DNA of 64,000 nucleotides, taken from the NCBI RefSeq assembly GCF_009834535.1, contig NC_045696.1, positions 67,210,001-67,274,000 of the forward strand, written 5' to 3'. Origin of the DNA: Camelus ferus. Its lineage: Eukaryota. The translations under genes were made by a program, and so were the position numbers. Of this stretch, positions 13,367 to 24,240 are shown piece by piece (the stretch's first letter is position 1; the number at the start of each line of letters is the position of its first letter). The notes under the pieces are model-generated. The model searched no databases. It saw only the letters and a program-made list of their open reading frames with translations, and was not told the DNA's origin.

Positions 13367-13588
13367 CCGTGTGACGAAGTACTTCCGTGCGATATAATGC
13401 TGGTGATAGGGATTGGGGTAAAGTGCCGATTCCGTCACACTTGACAGCCTTGAAATCTGCCTTGGCGATGGGTCCTTGCCTGGGCTGCCCTCCTCCGTGG
13501 ACAACAGGTCAGTCTCAGAGGGCTGGTCATCTCCCTCTTGCTTCAGAGACACAGGCTGGAATCCTTCAAAATCCCCAATTGTTGACAT
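13367..13588 (-). CDS. TPRG1: TPRG1 first coding exon (74 codons). The exon starts at 13597 with 9 nt of 5'UTR.
   Basis: Translation MSTIGDFEGFQPVSLKQEGDDQPSETDLLSTEEGSPGKDPSPRQISRLSSVTESALYPNPYHQHYIARKYFVTR matches the recalled mammalian TPRG1 N-terminus. Acceptor ttcctttgttttag|GTTGAAGAAATG at 13598/13597. Donor CGG|gtaaag at 13367/13366, phase 0. Confidence 0.96.
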
Positions 13589-14111
13589 TTCTTCAACCTA
13601 AAACAAAGGAAGAAACAATCTTCTCATCAGAAAAAAAAAAAAAGAGTCACATGTGTCTTAGCTATGGCAAAACAGTCTATGATGAGCAAATGACATTCCT
13701 GAAACTGCCCAACCCATCCAACAGCACACATCAGCTAAGCAGAGGCACTGATGGCGGCAGTTCGGTAACACAGACGCCACAATCCTGCGGGGACACGTAC
13801 CAGGGGAAAGAAACAGAGACCCTCTGGACAGAGAAAAGGAGGCTGCAAGTAGTTCCTTTTCCCCCATCTTTAACCGCAGGGGACAGGAATCTTCACAAGG
13901 GAAGACCGGTATGAAATAATCATCAGATAATTCCTCTTTGAGATTTCACAGCATTTTCACTTGAAAACCTACCAGCCGGGCAGCTTCATTGACAGTTAAA
14001 AGCAATGATAATGCACCTTCTTGTGTACTTCTTGGGAAGTAAAAGGGCACAAAAGCACTTAGAACTGAGTGTGTTTTCAACTGCAAAACTGCAATCCTAA
14101 AAATGTATCCT

Positions 14112-14272
14112 CAAGGATATATTGTACAACATGGGGAATACAGCCAATATTTTATAATAACTATAAATGGAGTATAACCTTTAAAAAGTGTGAATCACTG
14201 TATTGTACACCTGTAACTTACATAATATTGTATGTGAGCTATACTTCAATTTAAAACAATTAATAAAAAATA
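14112..14272 (+). mobile_element. Truncated L1 3' end nested in an older L1
   Basis: caaggatatattgtacaacatggggaatacagccaatatttt...ctatacttcaat followed by an A tail. TSD AAAATGTATCCT / AAAGTATATCCT. Confidence 0.85.
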
Positions 14273-14771
14273 AAAGTATATCCTAAGGAACTAATTTAGA
14301 CAAATACCCAAAGACATAACTATAGGAGGTTGTGCATGACAGCGTTGTGTCTAACAGCAGGAAAAACACATAATGTTATGTCCAATAGCAAAACATTGTG
14401 TCTAATAGCAACATTAGATTCTCACACAACATTACATCTAATACAAAAAATACAGTGAAACAAAGTATCTATCAGTAAGGAACTGGCTAAATAAGACATG
14501 TTACACCATACAGTGAGTGTAATGTAGTCATTGTAAATGTGAGTATATATTTTTACCATAGAATCTTGTCCAAAATATATTGTTAATGGGAAAAAATGGT
14601 ATATTAGGAGAACGTTATTGAAATTTGTTAAAATAATTCAGGAAGGAAGAGAGAAAGGGAGGAAAGGAAGGAAGAAATAATAACCTGGATTTGCATATGT
14701 GTGTAGGATAGAGGATAGAAAAAAATCTGGAAAAAAAAAGTAAAATGAAATATTAGCAATAACTGTCCCTG

Positions 14772-15018
14772 ACAAACTAGTGGTTACCAGTGGGGAGTGA
14801 AAAGTGGGGAGGGTCAAGACAAGGCAGGGGAATAAGAGGTACCAACCACTATGTATAAAATAAATAGGCTACAAGGATATACTGGGCATAACAGGGAATA
14901 TAGCCAATATTTTATAACTATAAATGGAATATAACCTTAAAAAATTGTGAATCACTATGCTGCAGACCTGAAGGCTGTATAACATTGCACATCAACTATA
15001 CCATACTTTAAAAAAAAA
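14772..15018 (+). mobile_element. Truncated L1 3' end (same type as the 14112 copy)
   Basis: acaaactagtggttaccagtgggga...ctacaaggatatactg...gggaatatagccaatatttt...tgtgaatcactatgctg followed by polyA. Confidence 0.85.
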
Positions 15019-16669
15019 GATTATCTCTGCATGATATGGTGTATCTTTATTTTTTATTTTTATTTTTATTTTGTTTTCATAAATCTCTGGATGCTTACAT
15101 TGACTTACACCTGATTTAAAATAAATAGAAATACAATAGATTTATGTATATTTTATAAATATACAGTGACACAAAGAAACCAAGCCAAATAAAAGACACA
15201 TGCTACCGAAAAGCACCCGCGGTGGAGTGGCCATTTTCAAGCTGAGGCCACACGGCCGCACCACCAATGCCACAAGGGAGGAGCGCCGCCCGCCCAGCAG
15301 CACCGTGGGACTGGGAATGCCAGCTTATTCTCAGGGCTGTCCCTGTGCTCTTACCGGGACAAAATTCCATTTCCTCGGTTCTTGTGAAACACCAGAAAGT
15401 GAGAAACAGCCACCATCCACAGCAAGTGTATGTTATTAAAACTGGGAATAAGTAGACTACTTAAGAGAGATAAAAAATAGGATGAATGTGTAGTTCACTG
15501 CCTCCCCCGGGACACTTGAGTATGAAAAGGGCGCTATTAACCACTGTGCCAGAGCGATGGGAGGGAACCGGCATTGTCTCAGGCAAACGTGGACACCCAG
15601 TCCCCCTAAAGGGCTTGAGTGCAGCAGAAAACATGGCTGGTTAGGGGACTCCCCCGTGAAAAGCCCCCGGCAGATCACACTGCAGGTGGTTTTGCCTGAT
15701 TCTCCCAGCAACCCTAGGAGGATGGTTTCATCTCCATCTCTCTGGGGATCCCAGGTTGGTGGGACTCACCCAGGGTGCACTTGGGTAGTAGCGGCGGCAC
15801 CTGGACTCCCACCCAGGACTTCCAACCAGGCTGAGCCCAACATCCCCACCAAGCTGCAGGCTGCCTCACAGCGGGAAGGGCTTCACTGGGCTTTCAGATA
15901 ATTTTTTAAAGTTACTGGCCTATGAGAAATCCAAGGACATGCGTGGAGAAGCAGGAGAAATTTTGTGCATGTGTGTGTGTGTGTGTGTGGCCTCCCCGGC
16001 AGCCTCATGCTGTGTTTATGCAGGTCTGCCACCTCTGCTGCGGTGGGTGTTGGAAGGAAGTGTGTTTCTAGAGTTCCCTGTAACCTGCGAAGGAGGGTTT
16101 GTGCCTTTGGGGAAGGAAAGCCTGCTTCTGTATTTGCCGCACTCTGGGAACCGGAACCTAACAGCAGACATCTGTGAAAGGCTCCAGTGCCTGGAAAACA
16201 GAGGGAGGATTTAATTAGCACCACTGCATCTCCCTCAGGCTGTCTTCTCTGGAAACACTTGGGGAAGGGAAGCAGGGCACTTTGAGACTGAGATTTTGAG
16301 GTCCAGGAAAGAAGGAACCTCAGCTCCAGTGAAATTCTTACAGCCGTGATGAGTGGAAGAGTTGAGCCCAGCCATCTCCCCCTGGAAGGATTCCAGCTCT
16401 GTTTCAGGCCTGGGGACACCTTCGCAAGGACGATGAACGTAATGTCAACAACCTCCCCAAGGAGAGGATTGCCGTGCCTCCCAGCAGCCCCCTCCATTCC
16501 TCATCACCACCTGCCTAGACCACGTTTATTCCCAAGTCAGTAAAAACCTGCCCTCCTATCCCTGCTTAACCAGACTATATACATTGAAATATTAAAAGCT
16601 TGTACAGGGATAAATTATGCCTTGCAACAGACCCATTCAGAGCCATTTAGAATTGAAAAGGATCATTGT

Positions 16670-17205
16670 TCCCTAAGACTGCCCGGTAAATTTATCTTAG
16701 CATGTGGTGCCCAGGAAAGTAAAAGCAGTATAAATTTCTAAGAGAAGCAAAGGATCAAGGCTTAGAAAAGAATTACATCCATATTTTTTGACCAAATTTT
16801 CTCATTTCAGGGAAATCGTGTAATGAAAATTATCCTTAAAAAAAAAGAACAGCCTACAATATTAATTGCATATTCTAGGTAGTAATAAAAAATTGGAAAC
16901 CAACTAAACACCTAATGGCCAAGGAATTATTAAGCTCCCCATCTGATATGGAGCTGACATTTACAATGACATGTACATGCACTGCAGCATCGTGGAGTAA
17001 GGATGTATCTTCTTGGGTCAAGAAAACCAAAAAAACAGAGAAGTTTTTCTCTGGAAATGATAATTTTTTACATTAGTAAAGACTAGAAGGGAAATATTTA
17101 GATTTATTGAGGTAGTTGGATTACACCTAAATTTTTGCTTTTTAAACAAATTTTAAATCATGTTAAAATGTTAGTGTGGCTTTTGTAATAAAAAATAAAA
17201 TGTGT
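16670..17205 (+). mobile_element. Ancient L1 (L1M) 3' fragment
   Basis: aaaaattggaaaccaactaaacaccta motif and A-rich end. Confidence 0.5.
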
Positions 17206-17214
17206 GAATAAATG

Positions 17215-17599
17215 TATTGGCTCACAAACTCAGGAACTGAAACTGGCCCCTGCACAGAGAGGGCAGGCTACTCCAGATCAGCAGGTGGCAGGTTTAATCA
17301 GCAAGGGAACTTCCATCCAAAGCGTATCTAGGACGGCAGCACGATGATTCACACCGGTCCGTCAGAATCTTAAAAGTTCTCAGAGAGGCCTTAACTGGGT
17401 TCAGTCACATATTCAATCCCGATGGTCCCAACACCACACTTCTCTCTCAAGCTTGCATCCTTGAAAAGGGCTCCCATTGCAGGAACGATGGGTAGAATGG
17501 ACATTCCAAGGATGGGGCAGGTGGAGATAAGCCTCCTATTGCCCAAGTCCAGCTTGCTGGTCAACTAGCGACCACTCCTCGTGATGAACTCCTCCAACA
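17215..17599 (-). mobile_element. ERV-type solo LTR
   Basis: Inverted termini tattgg...ccaaca, about 385 bp long, with minus-strand ATTAAA at about 17293-17298 near the 3' end. No clean TSD. Confidence 0.55.
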
Positions 17600-18185
17600 A
17601 TGCCAAGCAAATACTTAAAGAAGTGCCACCCTTCCTTCAGTCAGACAGTAAGAATTCTGTGTATCTCAGCTGCCAGCAAATTCAGAGCTCGATTTAATAC
17701 ACTACTGCAATAAGTAACTTATTTCTGGATCCTGGTCTAAGTATACCTGCCTCCCTTGGTATATGCCTTCATCTATCTCCGTGGGACTTTTGCTAAGACT
17801 ATTTCAGAAGCATAGAGGGGAGTAAATGATAGCTGGAGAATTATTGTCTAGTCCAATTCCTTCATTTTGCAAATTTTAGAGCATTAATGTAAAAGACTTG
17901 CCCAGGGTCACAACGCTAAATAGAAACAAAACATGAAATCAGACTCCTGGACTCTAGTTCACTGCTCCTAGTGGTAGCATTTAGAAGAAAAGCAGGAACA
18001 GTTATCAAACTTACACGTGGGTGAACTGAAGACACTTTTGCCACGTATCTGCAGCCAGTCCACTTTGCTTTGCTCTGGGATGGGAGATACAGCTCCCGTG
18101 AAGCAGGGCTCCTCCCCAGCTTTGCCCCCCCCCCAGCAGCCCCGCATCCTACCCTGTGGGCTAAGCTTCCTCCTTCACCGGACAT

Positions 18186-18300
18186 CAGGCTGACTTCTTC
18201 TTAGGCACGTGAGGCCCAGGGCCTGAGTCCACAAAACTTCTAGGGGCCCAGGAAGTGTTTTAATGTATTTCAACATCAGAAGAGAAAAATAAAATTTGAT
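18186..18300. mobile_element. Zaphod/MER115-like hAT-Tip100 fragment
   Basis: ttctaggggcccaggaagtgttttaat...aacatcagaagagaaaaat resembles the recalled consensus. Confidence 0.5.
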
Positions 18301-18567
18301 AATGCCCATTACTACCTCTCTGGAGCCCTGAAAGACAGAATGCCTTGTTAGGAACCATTCATCTATTCTAACCTGTATGTTTTGTAAATGAGGAAATTGA
18401 GGCCTTGATATGTCCCCTGAACTCTCAGTTTAGTTTAATTTTTAAAAAGTTGAAGAGAATAAAGAATGAAGTTATGGCCACCAAGGATTAAAAATATACC
18501 TATCTAGAGGAATGTTTGTGGGCCAACCAGGAGCTTAGAAAATTCTACAGTGTGTTCACAAGTGCTG

Positions 18568-18581
18568 CCGCCCTCTGGCAG
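18568..18581 (-). promoter_or_regulatory. Candidate CTCF motif
   Basis: Minus strand CTGCCAGAGGGCGG, a near-consensus core in a local GC/CpG-rich patch. Confidence 0.45.
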
Positions 18582-21500
18582 GTGAGGCGGCGCTGGGCTG
18601 GGGGGGAAGCGTGGGCGTCATTTCCCTGGGTTGCAGTCAAAGATGTCAGCTGTGTGTTTCTGATGGTAACATCTCTACCCACATGAAGGGGTTAACCCTC
18701 TCAAGGCTCATCCCCAAAATAAAAATCCACTTTTAATTTTGACATTTTGTAAAGGAAATTTATGTGAATTTACATGTGCAGCCTTTCCTGAGTCTCTCTG
18801 CGAACAGCCAAGGGGTGTGCGGTGCATAAACTCTTAACACCTTGAAACTCTCCAGCCAGCCCTCCTCTGTGCCAGCTGAGATAAGAAAATCGGCAAACAA
18901 TCCTTTCCAATTTCCCGTTTTGTGCATTCGTGATAACATGCCAGCAGGCCTGCTCTGCGTCCTGGGAGGAAGTGGAACTGATGGAGGGTCTCTCTCTTCC
19001 CAGCTCCTCCTCTGCCAGGTGGGGCCCTCTGCTCTGCCACCGGAGCCTTCGCTCAGACGGAGGAAGGGGTGAGGGGAGGACACAGGGCCAAGATGAAGAA
19101 ATGCGGGTCCCCACGCCCTTCCACTGGGAAACCCTGGGCAACTGTTTCCCCACCCGCATGGCAGGTTTCTCACCTACAAAATGAGGGGCCAGACTCTATG
19201 GTTGGCAGATTGTACTCCTGAAAATTAATAGCCCATTTCAATCAAAACTGATCCATGTATCTGTTTCTGGACTTCCAAAGTTCTCATTTTGGGGGTAAAT
19301 GTGTTGAAGTCTGAAAGTCGTTGGACTAAATTATTCCTGTGTTGCCTTCCAGCTCAATCACTCCTCAAGAGTTGACTGATTTTTCTCTAGTGCCCCAAAT
19401 ATTCTGTACCTAAGCCAATAGAGGTTGCTCAGTATGCTTTACCCCAGCTTCTCTCCAACTGAGTACGTCAGTTCCCTTGTGATTCAGACGCTGAGGCGTC
19501 ACGGGAGGACTGTGACGGCGGTCATGAATCTGGGTGTGCTTCATGGAGGTTCTGGCTTCTCTGTAACACGAGTGGATACCCACAGTCACCAGAGATGCTC
19601 GGGACCCCCACAGTGGGGTGCTGGACTCCCCACCCGGGCCAGGGCCAGAGCCAGGGACGTGCTAAAGCCTCAGGAACTATTCTTACATCTAAGAAGGGAA
19701 ACACTGAGAGGTTTGCCAAGCTTCTCACACAGAATAGAAATTTTTAGTGGGCTTTCCTGAAAAACAGACAGAAAAGAGTTGATTGAGATAACGACATTGA
19801 CTAGAGAACTCAGTGAGATGACAGAGCCCTTGAAATTAACTTTGCGAATTTCCATGAACCCTTCCACCACTCATCCAGTCAAGGTTGTGATAAGGCTTGT
19901 GTTCCTGATCCCTGTAGCATTTGTCATGCTGTTCTGTAACCATCATCTTCTTTACTCTCTGGTCTTCACTCCTGGGCCGTGAGCATCTCTAGGGCAGGGA
20001 CTGCGCTGCACTCACCCGTATAGCCAGCACTCGGCACAGGCACGGTGCCCACGGGCAGGGTACAGAGCAGGCACTAAGAACAAGTCCTCAGACGGATGAA
20101 TGGTGCCTCGCTTGTTTCTCTGTTGGGTCTGAGACCTGAGGACAAGTCTTAACATGTAATCCACAGTGGTTTGTGCATTACCTCAGACCTCATGCAAGAG
20201 GGCTCAGTAAATGCTTGTGGACTGAGTAATGAAGCTCTTGTGAGGCATGAATGGGAACAGCTTCTGAACATGGTCACTCACACTCACGCAGACACACATC
20301 GGACAGAACACGTGCCACAGTCTTTCATCCATAGAAGCTCATCGTCCTGAAAATGTAAACGGGATGACTGCAGACTTAAGTGATAGAACCAGAATGGGAA
20401 AGTGTGTGCAAAACACAATGGAAATAGAAGGTGGGAGTAACAAGTGTGAGTGGAGAGAGAGGGGGGAGAGGGTGGAAAGTTAGAGGGCGGAGAAAGGTGC
20501 CTTGGAACTGACTGCTTATTAGAGGGTGGGAGAGGATGCTCCCAGCAAAGGTGTGAGGTGCGAAGAGGAGGGTTTGCTCAAAGGATGCCAGCTAACACGG
20601 GGAATGTAATAGAGACGTAGCTGCCCACCTCCAGCCCTGGCTCCTTGAAGAGCTGTTCGCACCTGGTTAAAACAACGGCTCTCTGACAGGATGACAGCCT
20701 GAAACCCTCCTCACACGTCCTTTATATTCCCTTGTCTCTGCACTCGTGCCTCCATCCCATATGGGTAGGTCCCCCTCCCACCCCAGTCAACCCAGATACA
20801 GAGCCTGGGCTTAACTCTGTAAGATTCCACTTGTCTCAAGAACTTCATGAGATTAACAACTTCCTTAAAGACAGAGAAGCCATGGAGAGGTGAGTCATAT
20901 TGTGTATGGTACAACTTTGCACCATTCATCTGTTTCTCCTCTTTCCAGGGTAACAATTTCTGCTTTCTGTGTGTGTGTTTCTTATTTGACATAAACATAG
21001 ATACGTATCTATTTCATCCACATATCCAGGGCCCCCGAGTTCTCCCCTTCAACATCCCCAAATAAATGGAATTCCCCCACCAAGATAAATTCTGAAGGTA
21101 GCTATTAACATAAACCTGTACCAGGATGTGTGAGTCAGGGGAGACCTGGCTGGAGATATGTCTGAAAAAGTAGAAGGAAGTAAACCAGATGTCAGGGGTA
21201 GTGACTTATCTCAGGCAGTGGAAGAAGTTTCTACTCTGCCATTGGCCTGGCCAGGAAGATCCCAAGGCAGGGAGGGCACAGCAGAGCGGTGGCATTCTCC
21301 TCCTGGGGAGGACAATGAATAAGGCTAAATCATCAGCCTCCCTACACCCTCCAAAGACAGAGCAAAGAAGCATGCAAGGAATTGACCAGGATAAAAATGC
21401 TGGTCCCGACGATGTACTTTGGAGCCTCGAAACACTCAATTTTTTTTTTCCTGTATAACTGAAAAAGAAAAAAGCAGAGGAATCAAAAAAAAAAAAAAAA

Positions 21501-21638
21501 AACTTAATGAAGATCAACAAATCAGCCTGCGACAGCATCTCTTCTCTCTCCAGAATATGTAAGATCCCTGATTTCGAACCTGCTGATTCAGAAACTAGAC
21601 GGGGACAATGCTTAGAAATTAGCAACAGCCTCATCCCC

Positions 21639-21694
21639 TGTTATTGGGACATACCAGGGGAGGGTGTGGATTATGTTATTGGGACATACCAGGG
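21639..21694. repeat. 21-bp perfect direct repeat, period 35
   Basis: TGTTATTGGGACATACCAGGG at 21639-21659 and 21674-21694. Confidence 0.95.
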
Positions 21695-22939
21695 CTGACT
21701 ACATACTCAGCATTAATCCTGGTGCCAGGGAGGGCCATCAGCCTACATTCCTCAACCAGATGCTCCTGGCTGGGAGCTCTACCTAAGGAAGTCCCCCCAA
21801 AGAAGGGGTTTCCTGCGAGGCAGGCCAAATGTGACTTCTCCCGTACGGATTTCATGAAATTCAGGGGAAGACATTCATCCCAATGCTGACGACAGTCTTT
21901 CCCCACCCCTCCAGGTAAAATCTACAGCCTTAATTTTTTTAATGACATTTTTATTATAAACATGTTTATTGAAGTATGACACGCATTCAAAATATCATAA
22001 ATGTACCGATCAGTGAAGTATCATGAAAATAAACACACTCACGGAACCATCACATAGATGAAGAAATGCCATATTACTGGCACCCCAAGGAGATCATTCT
22101 TCTCAGAGTGAATATTCAGTTGGTTTCACAAGATGGAATCTGAGAGTGCTGCCAGACATTTGAGATATCATTTAACTCGACACCCTCATTTTATAAATAA
22201 GAAACCAGATGCTTCCGTGGGAGCAGGAAAGTCACTACCTCAGGTCACAAAGCAAGTCAGAGGACGTACCAGGGTACCAGGCTCCTCTTTCCTGTTTACA
22301 CTGCCTTCGGTTCCTAAGAAGACCTAGCTGGCCTGTGGAGTAAGAGAAACTTGCTTGGTGACTCCTTTCTCCAGGAGTCTGAGGTCAGCTCTCTCCTGTC
22401 CCCATAAAGCCAGGCTCTGAGAAGCTGTCCTGAAGACACTGCCCTCAAACCCACGCAAACCATCACCTCCCTATGTCAGAGCTCCTGGTATATAACCAAC
22501 ACACAGTAAACTAGTTGTTAAGTGCATTAATGAAAAGACACTTCACATGATCAACAGAGGCGCTTCAAATTCTCCCTCTTCTGTTTCCATACCAGGCTGG
22601 TCATTTGGACACCTGGCCTGTGAGAGGACCTTCCTCTTTGCTAAGGAAGTTATCCCATGGTTGGTGGGGATCACTAACTGTGCCACAGGAGGAACAGCAA
22701 AAGGAACTGGAGAAATTCGGTTCAGAGAGAAAATGTGGAGAACTTTGCTCCCTCACCTCTCTTCAGATATCTAAATTCTTACCAGGAGAAAAAGAGCACA
22801 TTTGTTTCGTTTGACCTTAGAAATCACAAGGATAAATGAATGGATCTCTTCTATTTCCTGATCAAGCTTCTCAAAAAGAAAGTCTCTAATTTTATCTCCT
22901 CCACACCTTAATCTGCAGACATCTGCTTCTCAGTCCAGA

Positions 22940-24240
22940 AGTTCTTATAAATGAATCCAATACACACTTAACACTCTCTATCTCCTTGATCTCTTTGGCA
23001 GTCTTGATCGCTGACTCATGCCTCTTGAAGTGCTTGCTTCCTTCTGTTCCTTGGAATGACAGATTCCCAGTTTTCTTTCTACTTCCTGGTTCGTGGCTGG
23101 TAGTTTCTTTCATGGAGATCCCCCCATATCTCCCATGCTACTGTTTGCCATAAATCACTCTGGATGCTCTCCCTAAGAAATCCCCCCTTTTCCCCCTTGT
23201 TTAACCATAATCTGTAGATCTATGACTATGATCTATGATTCCTATACCTTATATCTACAGTCAGATCTATCTACACAACCATCTACTAGACCTGTCATCT
23301 TTGTTGACCCACAGGTACTTTTAACTCTTCTTGTCCAAAGATGAACTTATCATCTCCTCACTTCCCCCATAGACCTGGTCCCCTCTTTTTGTTCCAAGCT
23401 CAGTGAATGAGATCACAGCTGTACAGTTTCTCAGGACAGAGAGCTGCCTGATTCCCTCTTCTTGCCCAATACTGACAAATCAGGCACCCAGTCCTACAGC
23501 CTTTAATTCCTTAATAGCCACTGAGTTCTGTACTTTGCTTCACTCCTTGCCACAGCCTTAGTTCATCTCTTGAGGATCATCATAAAGGTCTTCTAGCTGA
23601 TTTTAATCTCTCCGATCTATGCAGCACACAGGAGGAAGACTGATCTTCCTAAGATACAAATCATATTGTGTCACTGGCCACTTACCCTTCAATGCATCCC
23701 CATTGCCCACAAAATTAAAATCTGACTCCTGAGCATGTAGGCAAGATCTTCATGATCTGAACTCCCACTAACCTGTAGAGGTGAACATCTCACCATGTCT
23801 CTTCCCTCCCTTTCCTTCTCCATCTTCTTCTCCCATCTTTCTCGCCCCACCACAGCACTTATATCCTATGCTTCAGCCATGCTACTCTACCTTTCATCTC
23901 ATAAATCCACCAACGTCCTTCTCATTTCTTCTACTTGAATAACCCCCATTTCCCTTTTTTGTCTCAGCTTAGAAAGCAACTAGAAGCTTCCTTGGCCAAT
24001 CTCGTCTCATGAGTTACATGCCTCATGTATGTAACTGTTTCTTCTTGTAGATTGTGTATATCATTATGACAGTACTCATCCGCTACCTAAAAACTTGCCC
24101 TAATGCTTACATTCTCATCACTAGTACATAAGATCCTTGATGACAGAGACAGGGCTTTCTTTTCACTACAGTAGCCTTAGCACCGAGTAAGGCACATAGA
24201 AAGCATCTATTATGTATCAGCTGAACAAATGGATCAGTAA
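22940..24240 (+). mobile_element. L2 LINE remnant
   Basis: Pyrimidine-rich L2 body (cccattgcccacaaaattaaaatctgactcctgagcatg) and L2-type 3' end (aggcacatagaaagcatctattatgtatcagctgaacaaatg). Confidence 0.75.

Noticed and set aside
13387..13914. 175-aa plus-strand ORF
   Set aside because: Antisense shadow of the TPRG1 exon running into a poly-A tract.
15883..16497. 204-aa minus-strand ORF, the longest in the track
   Set aside because: No recognisable protein. It runs through a (TG)n microsatellite and has no supporting exon structure, so it is most likely a chance ORF.
21639..21694. CRISPR-like repeat-spacer-repeat
   Set aside because: Only two repeats, a 14-bp spacer, a mammalian intron, and no cas genes.
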